A DNA stretch of 63,564 nt, counting the filler, from Reclinomonas americana ATCC 50394 (lineage: Eukaryota), in NCBI GenBank assembly GCA_048213135.1. It is 17 parts of 17 records of this genome, joined end to end, with 100 filler letters (N's around TTAATTAATTAA, not from the genome) between each part and the next. Parts side by side here need not be neighbours in the genome. Positions count along the whole stretch, not along the records: positions 49,346 to 51,765 come from AFZH01022541.1; positions 51,866 to 60,532 come from AFZH01022542.1; positions 60,633 to 63,564 come from AFZH01022543.1; 14 more parts are not named here. One strand, 5' to 3'. This document shows positions 49,346 through 62,797 of the stretch, piece by piece (the stretch's first letter is position 1; each line of letters begins with the position of its first letter). The position numbers and the translations under genes were made by a program. The notes beneath the pieces are model-generated. The model was not told where the DNA came from and ran no database searches. It saw only the letters and a program-made list of their open reading frames with translations.

Positions 49346-51760
49346 AGTGGCTTCACGTGGGGTGCGCGCGTCATTTGGTCATGGCGGTGGGCGGTTTTGG
49401 TCGTGCTCATCGTTCACGGTCACGCAGGTGGTCCCGAGCTGCAGACGATGCGCGGCTTGCTGCGACACGTTCTCCGCTCCGAGTATGGCACCTTCCAACT
49501 GGCGGTGTCGTCACAGGCGGAGAATGCACCGCCCACCTCGCTGCCAGTGGTGATGTGGGCGTACTTGCGATGGTCGCTGGACGAGTTTCGCTACGGTTGC
49601 GTCTGCGACGGCTTTCCTGTGCAGGGATCTCGTCTTCCTCTCTCTCATCACTCGCACAGTGGGATTCATTGCGGCGGTGGCCGGCATGGTGGTGTGCTGC
49701 AGCAAGCAGGGTCGACGACCGCGCTCTGCTGTGGCCACTCTGTTCGTGGCAATCTACGGCTTCTACCTGCTCTTTGTCAACTCGCTGGCGAACTTGCCAG
49801 TGAATGTGCCGCTCTACGTTGCGTGATCGTCGCTACGCACAGTGGGGAGAAAGCCTTCTGTTCGCTCAAGTGACACACTCAGCATGCGATTGTGGAGCGC
49901 TTCTGGATCCAGCCGAATGTGCTGCTGGTGCCGCTTGCTGCATGTGGTTTCCGTTTCTTTCTGGTGCGAGCCGGCCTCGAAGCGGAGGAGGAGGAGAAGG
50001 AGGAGAGGGAAGGCTGTCGAGACGACGTGACACCGTCGCCATGCACTCCCTCCACCGTCATCACCTCGGCCGTGGTGGAGCGGCGTGTTGCGGCCGCTGT
50101 TGCCTTGCATCGTGACTTTGCCGCCCAGCTCTCTCGACTGTGGTTTGCCGCGGAGCAGGAGCCGTCGGTCACCGATGTGGCGGCCGTGCAGGAGGCGCTG
50201 TGCGAGTGTGGAGCACTCGGCAAGGAAAGTGCACTGCGCGATGCGTGCGCTGTTACGGCGAGTACAGAAGGCACGCAGACGACTGCGTCAGAGTCGTGGC
50301 GAGTGACGCTGGCCGCCTTCTCAGCACAGCAAGTGGCCGTCGACGAAAACCAAAAGCCACAAGCGGTGACGCAGTCCAGAGCACCAAGGAGCACGAGCAG
50401 CACCATTGCTCTCGTGGTGGCTCTTGTATTTGTGGCTGCCGTGGCCGTCCACCAGTTTCCAAGAGTTGCTGCTTACTTGCTTCTCACTCTTGCACTCTCC
50501 ACTCACCGCAAGCCTCGTATGCAGTCCAACATGTCGCACAATGACTTGTTCCGCAAGTCGGCTGGCGAAGTACTGCGACCGTTGCCTCCGCAAGCCATTC
50601 TCCTAGTCATTGGCGATGTGCCTCGCAATGTTCCGTGCTGTATGCGTCGTCGCCTGTGCAGACGGTCGCTCACACTGCCTGTGCAGCCGATTGCGTTCCT
50701 CCAAGAGTGCGAGAAAGTGCGACCGGACGTGGTGTTGATTGACCTTCCACTCCTCGGTTTGTGGGTTGTCATTACTGGATGGTTTTCTCCATCACTGACG
50801 GTAGCATGGCTACAGGGCTGCCGTGGTACGTGCGCATGATGAGCAACCGTCTGGGCGCAGACGCGTTTCCAGGCACCCACTGGGGCCACCTGCACGGCCC
50901 CGACGGTTTCTTCTTTGGCGATCTCTTGCATCGCTGGATTGTGCGACTGAAGCGACCCGTGTTCATCTTTGATGACATTGCTTTTGTGGCCGGTCGCGGC
51001 GACAAGTCGCTGGACGGTGCGTTTGAGTCGGTCCCGTTCGGTCTGGCCTCGCAGATTGTGGCCGTCGGCAGCGCCGAACATCTGCGCGTGCAGCAAGACT
51101 TCGGTCGCTGGTTCAACGACACATCGACCACCATGCCGCCATCCACGGCGTTCCACGAATGGTTCGGCACGTGGCAGCAGTACGGCGACGATTCGTGGGA
51201 GTGGTTCATGTCGCTGCAGTACTTGCGGCGACAGGACGATCGCTTCATCTTGCTGTTTGAGGTGAGTGAGATCCCGATATCGATCTGCAGTCAATGTGGC
51301 CTGTTGCTTATGTCGATTGGACGGATGCAGTACGCCAAGGCCCTGCAACCTGGACCCGTGCAGCATCGCCTGCTGAAGCAGTTCGAGCGCACTTTCCGCC
51401 TCATTGACCAGGGTGAGCATGAGTGCATGCATTGCATTGCATGATCGCCGGGTGAATTCCTGACAAACGCAGCCTGCAGTGCATCGCGAACCGTGGCCCA
51501 ACTCGTTCCTCAACCTGGCCATCTGTTACGACACCCTGTACAACACCTACGACGGTGAACACCTGACCACTGTGCCTCGAGATGGATCGGTGTACGAGCA
51601 CGTGCGCGATGGACAAGGCCTCGGCCAGAGCCTCCTGTATCTCGACAAGTTCATCCGCTACGCCGATACCACCGATCCTCGGCTTCCGCAAGCACGCACA
51701 CTGCTCGAGGCCATGCGGCGGCGGCTCCGAACCGATGCCAATGGCAAGGCCGTTTCATGA
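49346..51760 (+). CDS. TMEM260: TMEM260/DUF2723 family protein O-mannosyltransferase; 5' partial
   Basis: QTMRGLLRHVLRSEYGTFQL, YLLFVNSLANL, IVERFWIQP, VLRPLPPQAILLVIGD.P.N, FLQECEKVRPDV..D, SWE. Confidence 0.82.
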
Positions 51761-51923
51761 CAACGNNNNNNNNNNNNNNNNNNNNNNNNNNNNNNNNNNN
51801 NNNNNNNNNTTAATTAATTAANNNNNNNNNNNNNNNNNNNNNNNNNNNNNNNNNNNNNNNNNNNNCGCTCCCGTAAATTACATTTTCCAATCAATTTTTT
51901 GCGCACACAAATCGGAGAAAAGC

Positions 51924-52579
51924 ATGTCTGGTGGCAGTTTCCTCGCTCACACTGGTGGTGGCCACGACTCTCATGTGCGTCCATACACTCTCTCCACTCG
52001 CCCTCTGCCTCCTCCACGCGCTGATCAATCTTCTCACTGACTTGTCTCGAACAACTCAGGGTGCTCAACCGCCACCCATTGCCGCGCACGCGCCCGCACC
52101 CGCGCCTGTGGCTGCTCCCCACCCGCCGGCGCCTGCGCCTGTGGCCGCTCCCCACCCGCCGGCACCTGCGCCAGTAGCTGCCCACCATCCGCCTGGTGAC
52201 CACGGTCACCCTCATCCGCACCCACCGGGCGACCACGGCCACTCGCACCCGCACCCGCCTGGTGATCATGGCCACTCGCACCCGCACCCGCCTGGTGATC
52301 ATGGTCACTCGCACCCACACCCCCCTGGTGACCACGGCCACGCACACCCGCATCCGCCGGGCCACCATGGTCACGACGATCACCACGGCCACCACGACGG
52401 AGAAAAGAAGCACAAGAAGGACAAGCATCACAAGAAGCCGAAGAAGGAGAAGAAGTCCAAGGGCCACGGACAGTTGCGCTCGTGTTGCTCTCCTGTTGAT
52501 GCCTCTACCGCGCACTCTAACTCGCTGGTACAGCTCGTCCTCCTCCTCGTCGTCATCGTCATCGTCCGACGACGAATGA
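51924..52579 (+). CDS. Small His/Pro-rich disordered protein with K-rich and poly-Ser acidic tail (KS-dehydrin-like)
   Basis: Spliced: MSGGSFLAHTGGGHDSH|GAQPPP..(HPPGDHGHSHP)x~6..EKKHKKDKHHKKPKKEKKSKGHGH|S-run DDE*; introns 51975-52059 and 52473-52533. Confidence 0.75.
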
Positions 52580-52674
52580 GCCACCGCCGCCCACTGTCTG
52601 TGTTCACGGACGCCACGCACTGGCACGACGAAGACAGCTGTAAAAAATAAACAAAAGAAAAGGCGTCTTCATTC

Positions 52675-55600
52675 TCAGTGTGCCGAGTATGCAGCAGCCA
52701 GTTGGAATTTAGGCACTGGTCGGCCACCTCCTCCTCCGCCTCCGCCGCCTCCGCCAGCAGTCACCGACGACGACAAAGCTGCCGCCGACGATAAAGAGGC
52801 CGAAGCAACGGCTGCTGAACGCCGTTGCTGATAGGCCTGTTGTAATGAGCCGGCCACTCGCTCGTCTCGCGCCGCCCCACCATTCGTGTGCTGATCGTAC
52901 CGATGGCCGGCGTCACCGTTGCCGACGACAGCAGCATCATCATCGTCGTCATCGTCGTCGTCGTACGCCTCTACTCTCCTCGTAACCTGTCGATGATGCA
53001 CTTGTGCTTGATGTGACTGGTGGTGATGCTGGTGGTGGCCACGATATGCGCCGTGTTGGTACTGGTGACCGCCACCGGCAATCGTCACAGCCTCCTCGTA
53101 CTCCACGTCATCGTCGTCGTCCTCGTCGAGACTGCTGGCCGTCAACTCGGTCGGTGACTCGTAAAAGTCCTCTTCGTCAGCGGCGTGTTGCGTGACTTGC
53201 ACGACGAATGCGGCGCCGCTGCCACTGCGGCCACCACCAACACCGCGGCGGCCATAATCACTAAAGTGCGCACGGTACGGCTCCTGCTCGGCAGGCACCA
53301 GCGAGAGGCGTTGCGACGGACTGGCCGCACCGGCAGAATCGGGCGTCGTTGGCGAATGACTCCTGTTGTAGCGGTCACCACCGGCAGTCGTTCCGCGTGA
53401 TTGCGCGTGTGCATTGACAGCTGCCCAGGCGGCGTCCAACCCCGCCCGACCATCATCATCACCGTCTACTCCTTCTGCCCCTTCGTCGTCGTAGGCACCA
53501 CTGCCGTTGAAATCGTCGGCGTACTCGTCGTCATACTCGTGCTCCACATAGCCGTGCGCTCGGCGCAGCCCGGCCGGCTGTGCACGATCCCCGGCATCCT
53601 CTGAATACCGCCGCTGCAACGGAGGCGATGCATCATTGGCCCAACGGCGCCCTGCGTTCATCGAGACCACCGCGCCGTGCGTCACTGGCGGGCGGTCATG
53701 GTGGTGGTGGTGGTAGTGCGGCTGATAGGCAACAGCATCGTCATCGTCGTCATCGTGGTGATGATGGTGCTGGTGGTGGTGGTCGCCACTCACATCCTCC
53801 TCGTCCTCGCGGTACTCGTCGTGATCCACAAAATTGACGTCGTCGTAACTCGAGTTTGCGCCGTAGCCATCTGTGCCTTGCGGTGAAATCGCCGAACCCA
53901 GAGTGCCAGTCGGGCTACTGTCCCTGCCACGCGGATACCGTCGGAAGGAACCGTCGAATCTCTGCTCCGGATCGAGACCGAGCGCGTCAACCGCAGCGGC
54001 GGCGGCGGCCACGGCCGCATCCAACGATTCTTGGTCACTGCCATAGTCGTAGCCGTCGTCAAACCCACTCCGATCGCCCTCTGGTTCGTGTGCCGGCGAC
54101 TGACTGCGCTGCGCCTGTGGTGGTGGCGGTGGCGGGGAATACCGCTGACTGCCATCATGCGCCTCCGCCGTGTACGACCGTCGACTGACGACCACGGTTG
54201 TAAGGCGCTGCGGAGGCGCCGCACTCGCCTGCGGTGCAGTAGCAGCAGCAGAAGGCGGATGTTGCGGTTGCTGTTGTTGCTGTTGTTGAGTGAGTGGCAC
54301 GTCCAGCGCACGGCCCGAGGAGCCGACCCAACGTCGTGGTGGGGCTGGCAAAGCACCGGAGAACGAGGCAGTCGAGGCACCGGTTGGCGTTTCTTGTGAC
54401 GGTGAATCGACCTGCAGCATCGAGACGAGGTTAGCATTGCAGAGGTGCCAGCAAGCCTACTCCACCAACACAAGTAGGACGTCACCGAGTGATTCGCGGG
54501 CGAGTCGGCTGGTATGGGCCTGGCGGCAAAGGTCGCCTGCATTGCGGACATCGGTGGTGGGGCAGGGGGCGGAGCATGAGCGGATGCTGCAGGTGGTGGC
54601 GCGGATGCTGGGAGGGTGCGAGACAAGGCAGAGTCTGTTTGCGGTAATGGAGTCGCTGACGAAGCTGGAAGCGTTGCCGACAGTGAAGCAGCAGGTGTCA
54701 GTTGTGAAGGTGGTGGTGGCAACGGCGGCGGAGGCTGCGAGTATGCTTGCGTCGCGGGTGGTGGCAGTGGATCCGATGGCACCGGTGCTTCTGGTGCCAT
54801 CGACGCAGTACTTCGATCGTCCTGTTAACAAATTGACGTGTGAGCCATACCGCTGCGCGTGTGCACACAGACAGGGGAGAAGAACGCAACTCGGCCCGAC
54901 AGGGGCGGCGTGACTGGACTTCGTGGTGGTCTGGCCTGCGACGGCTTCAGTCGTTGCTGCTGCATGGACGAATTTGGTCCACCGAAATCATCCGTCAGCG
55001 TCGACGATGGCGAGCCGGGTGAGAAGTCGGCCGAGGGTAGGAGACCCTCGCCGAGCGCCACAGTCGCCGAACCCAGCGACTTGTTCAACGACATGTGCTC
55101 CGTGACAGTCAGTGGTGGTGGTGTATAATGACTGCTGCTGGGCGAGGGTTGAGTCGAGGTGGAAGGTCAAGTCTTCAGGCACGCAAAAGTACGAACCGAA
55201 CAGGCGACGGCGTACGTGACCTCGACATGCTGCGGTGCTCCATGAAACTGTTGCTCGGGTCATTCGCTCGCACCACGTCTGCAGTCGACAAGAGATCAGT
55301 GAAAAGAGAGAAAAAAAGGATCTTCTCTGATATCTGTCACCAACCAGCGGCAACAGTGGACGAGAGTGCAGCATCCATCGCGCCACCAGAAGAGTGAGTG
55401 CGACGCGGCATGGTTGAGCTCAACGGCCGTCGTGTCAAACCCGCCGGCAAGGTGGCCATTCCACCACCTGCGGTCTCGGAGAATAGTGCTGTCGTGTCGA
55501 ATGCCATGCCGCCACGCTGTGTTTATCATCACGAGGAGGGTAAATCTTTCTGTCATTTCTCACACGCACCGACTGCCAACGCAACATTCTTGCGCATCAA

Positions 55601-58600
55601 CGCAGCCGACGCACTTGTTGAGCCATCACCACTCTCCATACTCTGTCGATCAAATACGCTGCTGTTGACTGGGCTCGTCTCGCCCGACATGATGCTGCTG
55701 CTGAAGCTGGCTTCAGTCACCGGCCGGTTCTGTCCACTACCCTGCACGAAGCTGTCCATCAAGTCGTCACCGAGGAAGGAGGTGGCAATCGACAGGGGAT
55801 TTTGAGCAGGCGGCTGCTGGCTGGCACCACCACCACCACCGCCCCCAATATGACTGAGAGCTGGAGATTCGGCACTCAGTGGCGACTCGGTGACCGACGA
55901 AGAGGTGACGCTGGCACCACTTCCGCCGATAACAATGGCCTCAATGCGCGCATCCGACGCATGCTTCGCCTCCCGAGCCATTGCGCGCTGTTCACGAATG
56001 TGCTGCGCTAATGTCGACGACGCACTGGTACTGCTGGCCCGGCTAAACATGAGCAGCACAGTGAGATGATCTCCAACACCGCACAGCGTATGCGGTTGAG
56101 TGTCGAGACGCAACTCAGACGAGCTCGACTTGGACGCTGCGTGCGCACGACGGTCCTTGTTCTGTTCCTCGCGCATTTTCTGTGCCCGTGTCGAACGCTT
56201 GCCACTGGGTGTGACACTGGCGGTGCTCAGGTCGCCTGCACTGCCGGTGCTGCTCGCGGTGGAGCGATCTACCGCGCTACTCGTTTCCTTTTTCTTGGCC
56301 GACTTGGCGGCGGCCTTGTCACGGGCAGCCGCTGCGGCCGCCGCCGCGGTGCCGCGCCTCTTGCCGCCCACGACCACATTGAATGAATCGCCACCGCCAC
56401 CGCCACCGCCACCGCCAATCGGCACGTCATCGATATTAACAGGAGCCGAACGCGAAGATGACATGCCGTCGGCCATGGGAGGTGACGACGACCGTGACGC
56501 CGGCCCAGCCGACGACGACTGCGTGGGAGCGGTCGCAGTCGTGGCATGACCACCTGTCAGTGCGGCAGCTTGCGCCGTGGACATGGAGGGCACCGGCAGT
56601 GATGCGAGATGCGCGGCCAGAGCAGCATGCTGTTGCTGCAGCGCAGCATGTTGTTGCTGTTGTTGCTGCTGTTGCTGCTGCAGCAACTGCTGCGTGTACA
56701 TCGACGGTGACGGCATGTGCGGCGTCCCCTGCGTTGATATCATGGGCGCGTACTGCTGCATGCCCGGTCCGGTCATGTAATACTCGCCCGACGGCGACTG
56801 CGCCATGTACGGCATCCCTGGACCGCCGCCACCCCGATGCATGTCGTCAAATGCCGGCTGCGGCATCGGCGGGTACCCGCCAAAGCGCGGTGAGGAGCCT
56901 GTCCACGACGCCTGTGGTTGACGTGGCGAGCCATTCGGAGAAAAGAACTGCGCTTGTGCCATGGGATTTGGTGGAGGTCTCGAACGGCTGCTGCTGTTGC
57001 CACCGCCCCCGTTGGGTCCAATCGAGAACGCCAGCGCCAGTTCCTGATCGGCAAACTCCAGTGATCCACGCGGTGCAGGCATGCCGTACGCCGCTGCCGC
57101 TGCTGCCTGCTGCTGTTGCTGCTGTTGTTGCTGCTGTTGCTGTTGAGAGGGAGTCGGATAACCACCGTATGGTGACGGTGCTCCGTAGTATCCTGCGTTG
57201 GTCGCACCATAGTCCCCTGCGGAGGTGCCTGGCGAACCTGGAGGAGCTCCAAAGGCCGTCTGATACGGCGGTTGTGGTGCCGAGGGCAGTGGCGGCAGCG
57301 ATGGCAATGGCTGATGAGCGCCGTGTGCAAACTGGTGCTGCGGTGGTGTCGGTGGCGGCGGACCTTGCGCGCCACGCGAGCTCGGTGGACCACGTTGCTG
57401 TTGCTGCTGCTGCTGCTGTTGCAGCTGTTGCGAGTGTGCGTCGTGCGAAGAGCTGCGCCAGTGCTCGGCCTTCATCAGGCGGTCACGTTCTTCCTGCTTG
57501 TCTGCGTCCTGCGATTCCACGTAGCCCCACCACGACGGGTACACCACACCGGGCTTGTTGTGCGGCCCCGCCACTGCGAAGTGCGCTGGCGGCACACCAG
57601 CCGCATGGCCGCCTGCTGACACCGGCGTGGAGACCGAGTTGCCAGTCGAGGGTGGCGAGTCAGCGGTGCGACTGGTGGGTGGCGACAGTGGTCGCTTACC
57701 ACCGTCGTGCACAAAATCTACCGCGAGAGAGAGAGAGAGAGAGAATCAACAGTGAGCTCGTCGTCGCCTCGTGAGCCGAGTCTGTCACCAACAACACACA
57801 CACACGTACCGACACTGTTGCGGCGATCAGAGCCGGTCCGCCAGTTGGCCGCAGGCTTTGGATATCGAACGGGATTCCTGGTCGACAGCAATCAGCAACG
57901 AACACATGTGTGCGCACACACGCGCGCGCTGGAGACGCAACGATTCCGCGTCCGTGCCTGCCGCACCACCACCCGTCGCTGCGTCCATGGACGAGGCGCG
58001 AGCGTGAGCAGCGGCCACGCGTGCACGCTGCTTCCTCGCCTGCGAACATCACTCTCAGTTCACACACTAACTGCCCGCTCGACAACAACACACACCCACA
58101 CACACGCACCGCTGTCCGCCGCGCTGGATCCGCCGAGTTGAGATCGGCCAGCGACATGGCACTGTCGCCGCCATCGTCCTCCAAGTTGACATTCCACGCG
58201 TACGGCGCCTTGCTCGACGACGACGACGGTGGTAACCTGATGATGATCACATGAGCACTCCTCGCACACACACACACACACAGAGAGCGACAGAGACTGG
58301 GAGAAGGGACGCAACCGCGACGAGGACGCCGCAGACGACGAGCGAGGCGTGGTGCGACGCGTGAGTGTGTGAGCCATGGCCTCAGCCTCCTCCACATCAT
58401 CATCCCCTTCCACATCATGATCGAACGCTGCTCTCCCCTCCAGCTCCCCGGCTTCCTGCTGCGCGTGCTGCTGCTGCTGGTGATGATGATGATGATGATG
58501 AGCACCACCATTCTCCTCCTCCACCAGCGCCACTCGTCGTCTCTGCTGCTGCTGCTGTCGCTTTCGAGCCTGCGTAATGACATCATTGACAATCGCCTCG

Positions 58601-58848
58601 CGCTTGGCCACTGTCGCCGTGCTGGTGGCGACAGTGGCGGCAGTCTCCAACGTGTGCACCGCATACGCGCACAACCAGTCAATGACCTCGGGCCACTGCG
58701 CCGCGTGCACATAGCCGCGCTCACGCATGAATCGCTTCACCCGCTGGTTGCGCACAAGCACCGACACCAAATGCCGCGGATCCGCCTCCTCCAATGACGT
58801 CACCATCGCGCTCACCGCAGGCGGCGGCGGGGGAGGTGGCGCACTCAT
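52675..58848 (-). CDS. Very large, mostly disordered orphan protein; multi-exon
   Basis: Long minus-strand ORFs (58060-58923, 55553-57712, 53790-54800, 52675-54420) joined by short GT-AG introns; small N-terminal helical region then Q/P/S/D/H-rich low complexity. Confidence 0.65.
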
Positions 58849-58962
58849 CCCAAGTTCGCGCGAAACAATGCGAAAGCGAACGTTGGGGGGACAGATTGGT
58901 GGCGCGAGCGTGACTGTCATCACGCAACTGTACCGCTTGCGACTTTTGTGTGTGGAGGGGCA

Positions 58963-60463
58963 ATGGCGTCGTCGTCGTCAAGCAACGTGGAGGAGATTGA
59001 GGTGCGCTGATTAAGAAGGCGAGAGAGAGAGCGCGCGCGCGCGTGAATGAGCTCACTGACTATGTGCGCGTGTGCAGAAACACGTGCTGCGAAAGTATGA
59101 GATCGTGCAGAAGCTGGGCAAGGGGGTGAGTTGTTGTTTATTATTTGCACATTTGTGTGTGTGTGTCGCGCTCGCTGTGTGTGTGCGTGTGTGTGTATCT
59201 GTTCGCATGGGGTGTTGGAGGGGTGTTGGAGGGGTGTTGGGCGTGGGGCGAGGGGGAGACACGAGCGATGTCTCCATGATCAACGACAAGACCGCGCGCT
59301 CTTGTCGTTTTTTTCGTCGCGCTGCTCTCTCTCTCCACACACGTACACGCTCTCTTTGCTTGTGTGTCGTGTTCCTCTCTCTGTGTGTGTGCGTGGGCGG
59401 CGAGTTGACACAGACGGGCGCCTGTCTTCTGGGACAACTCAACGGTGTGGCCATCTCTCACCAGACACACACTCTCTCTCTCTCCTCCTTCCTCCTCTGT
59501 GCGCGCGCGTGTGTGGGGGGTCTCTCCCTCTGCTTCCACCGCCCCTCATCACTGACGCGCATCACACAAGAGGGGTGTTGTGTGTGTTTGTGTGTGTGTC
59601 CAACGGCGGTTAAGTGTCGTTTGTGTGCGACATGTTAGTGGTCTCACGCGCGCCTCTTTTGTGCACCCGCGCAGGCGTATGGTGTAGTGTGGAAGGCGGT
59701 GGAGAAGAAGAGCGGGCAAGTTGTGGCGTTGAAGAAGATCTTTGACGCGTTCCAGAACGCCACCGATGCGCAACGAACATATCGGTAAGAGAAGAGCATG
59801 AGAAGAGTGTGTGCAGGCCATTCTTGCTCACTACTGCTGCGTGTACAGTGAGATCATGTTCCTGAGGAGGCTTCGTCGCCACGCCAACATTGTCAAGCTG
59901 CAGAACGTGCTTCGTGCTGAGAACGACAAGGACATTTACCTCGTGTTCGAGTACATGGGTGAGGAAATGCGTGTGCGAGGATGGAGTGATGCAGCAGCAG
60001 CAAGCAGAGCACTCAAGGATGTGCGTACAGAGACGGACTTGCATGCGGTGTTGCGCGCCAAGATCCTGCAAGACATTCACAAGCAGTATGTTATTTACCA
60101 ACTGCTCAAGTCGCTCAAGTACCTGCACTCGGGCGAGCTGTTGCATCGTGATATCAAGGTGCGTGTGCGCAGGTCTCCTCTCCGTGTATGCGAGGGTGTG
60201 GTTGCTGAGTTGTGCGACAGCCGAGCAATCTGCTGCTCAACTCGGAGTGCCTGATGAAGCTGGCCGATTTTGGCTTGGCTCGCTCCGTCTCGTCGCTCAA
60301 GTCGGGCACCGGCCCCAACCCCATCCTCACCGACTACGTCGCCACTCGATGGTACCGTGCGCCAGAGATTCTGTTGGGTTCCAACCGCTACTCCAAGGCC
60401 GTGGACATGTGGTCTGTCGGTTGCATTCTGGGCGAGCTGTTGCTGGAGAAGCCCATGTTCCCA
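58963..60463 (+). CDS. MAPK15: MAP kinase ERK7/8 family; 3' partial
   Basis: [87 protein letters not shown]. Confidence 0.95.
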
Positions 60464-61092
60464 GGTTTGACGCATACAGACACCACCACTCCATGCGTGG
60501 CTGCTTCCATCAAGAGTTCTCACACTCATCCTNNNNNNNNNNNNNNNNNNNNNNNNNNNNNNNNNNNNNNNNNNNNTTAATTAATTAANNNNNNNNNNNN
60601 NNNNNNNNNNNNNNNNNNNNNNNNNNNNNNNNAGAGAAGAGTGTTGCAGTGAGCGCAGCCGAAGGGAGGGAGGATGAAGACGGGGGTGGTGGGCATTAGA
60701 TTATGCCGATGACCTGAACTGGTGGTGGTGGTGTTTTTTTATACGTCCCCTTCTCCTTTTTTTGCTGAGGCCGCGATATTGTGCAGAAAACATCTCTTTT
60801 TCTATTTTGCCTACCTGTCTGGTACCGTTCTGCTTTTGTGTTCCTTCTTCTTCTTCATTTGTCTTCTTTCTGCCGTTCCCCCTTCGTCTTCTGCTTGTGC
60901 TCCTTGTGCTGTATACATTTTGTCTATCTCTTTTTCGTCTTCGTCTTGCTTGCATGTTTCGTGCGGATTCCAGGGTCGTCGCACTGCTGGGCGGCGTCGC
61001 GTGGTCTTCCGATGTTTGTGTTTGATCCCTGTTTGCTTGCCACTGATTCATCTGTAAAATCCGGGGAAGAATGCCACACCGCGCGCGTACAT

Positions 61093-62489
61093 TTATCGCT
61101 TCTTGATGCATTTTAGTGAGCCGTCGTCTCCGCATTTCCACGCCGACACGCTGCCCTCAAAGTGCGCCGCGTAAAAGTCGGCCGTGCTGCGATTGCAGAC
61201 GATTGTCAGCCTCCGGCATACTTCAAAGAAGTATGCACGGACAGTGTCCGTCTCACCTGTCGGTCGACGCCGGCGCCACCCACGTTGTATTGCCGTCGGT
61301 AGCGGTGTCGGCCACCGACATGCACTCTCCCGTCTGCAAGTTCCACCGCCGAATCGAGTGATCGTTGCCACAGCTGATGAGTCTGCGTGTTTTCCGACAC
61401 TCAGCACCAGCAACAAGCACTCCGTCCCCGATGTATCGGTGCGGCAAGGCGACGCAACTCTTGTTGTGAGGAACCGACCAAGCAGACGCTGTTCACGGCC
61501 TGTGTGTGGCCTCGCAGCATGCGAACCATGGATTTCGTGGACCGCCGATCCCATATCTGCCGCGCACCACAGTTTGTCTTCGTCTCTCTCACACACACAC
61601 ATCCCTCATGTCCAGCCACTCACCCGTATCTCGCACGAATCGCCATCAAACCCATTGCTGCCGGTGACAAACGTGTGGCCGTCGTCGGTGACCGCAATGC
61701 AGGTGGCAAACTGCACGTAGCCGCCGTAATCGCGCACCATGTCCAGCGTGCGCGTATCCCACTCGCGGACGCGCAGATCCTCCGCCGTCTGCAGCACCAT
61801 CGACGGCTCCGCCGGCACCGGCGCCATCGATCGCACCAAGTTCAGCGGCAGCTCGTTCTGTCGCAACAGCGCCTGCGTCTCCACATCCCACACACACAGT
61901 CGCGCATCGCGCGATCCCGACATCACATGCGTATCGCCATCGCACAGCACCGCGTCGTTGACAGAGGCGCGATGCGGACCCGTCATACGACAGGCCTCCT
62001 TCATCTCGGGATCCGCTCGTCGCCATCCTCGCACAGACCGATCGCGACTGGCACTGAACACCATTTGCAATCGCGTCGAGAAGCGAACCTGCGATCGACG
62101 CAGCGAGTGAGCCCGTGCAGCACAACCGTTGAATGAAAGTAGAAGAAACACGCGCACGAAACTCGATTGACATCGCTGGTGTGACCGGCCCACTGTCGCA
62201 CAATGTCGCCATCGACCCAGTCGTACATCATCACCATCTGCAACGCTCGTTCAGCATGAGGGAGAGAAGAGTGTGTGCGTGTGTGTTGCATGCACACCTT
62301 ATCCGCGCCTCCACTGATGAGCGTCGATGGCGAGTCGCCCTGACACACGCACAGACACGGAAGACCACCAGCGTGCAGACGATCCGTTGCAGTGGCGTTG
62401 GAGGGAGACAACTGACCGTTTTCATCGCCACCAAGGCCACTGTGACGCGGCGAGGGCGCAGACTGTTGTCGATGCAGGCACTGACCCAT
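61093..62489 (-). CDS. WDR31: WD repeat protein 31-like
   Basis: MG start; SASRD, GSRDARLCVWDVET, NLVRSM, VLQTAEDLRVREWDTR, TGSNGFDGDSCEIRIWDRR. Confidence 0.82.
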
Positions 62490-62797
62490 GGCTCTCACTC
62501 GCTCACACTCCCTCACACTCACTCCGTCACAAGACGATCTTATCTCAACGACACACACGCAGGACGAACGCGATGCCACCTGCAAGCCACACACACGCAC
62601 TGGCGCTCTCAAAGTTAGCAAGTAGAGTACTTGCCTGCTGCTCACACTTGAGCTTTTTCTTGAGGAACGGCGACGGTGACGGTGGCAAGTCATGAACGAC
62701 GGAAGGTGTGTGTCCTGTGAGCAGTTTCGTTGTCGCAATGCGTCGTGTTTGTGAGCCAGTGTGCTCGTGCTGCTGCTGCACTGACAGTGATGGGTGC

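Noticed and set aside
58922..58928. GTTGCG on the minus strand as another shifted donor (likewise 28503 on the plus strand)
   Set aside because: The first lies between two divergent start codons and the second inside a continuous CPSF2 exon; both were excluded from the donor count
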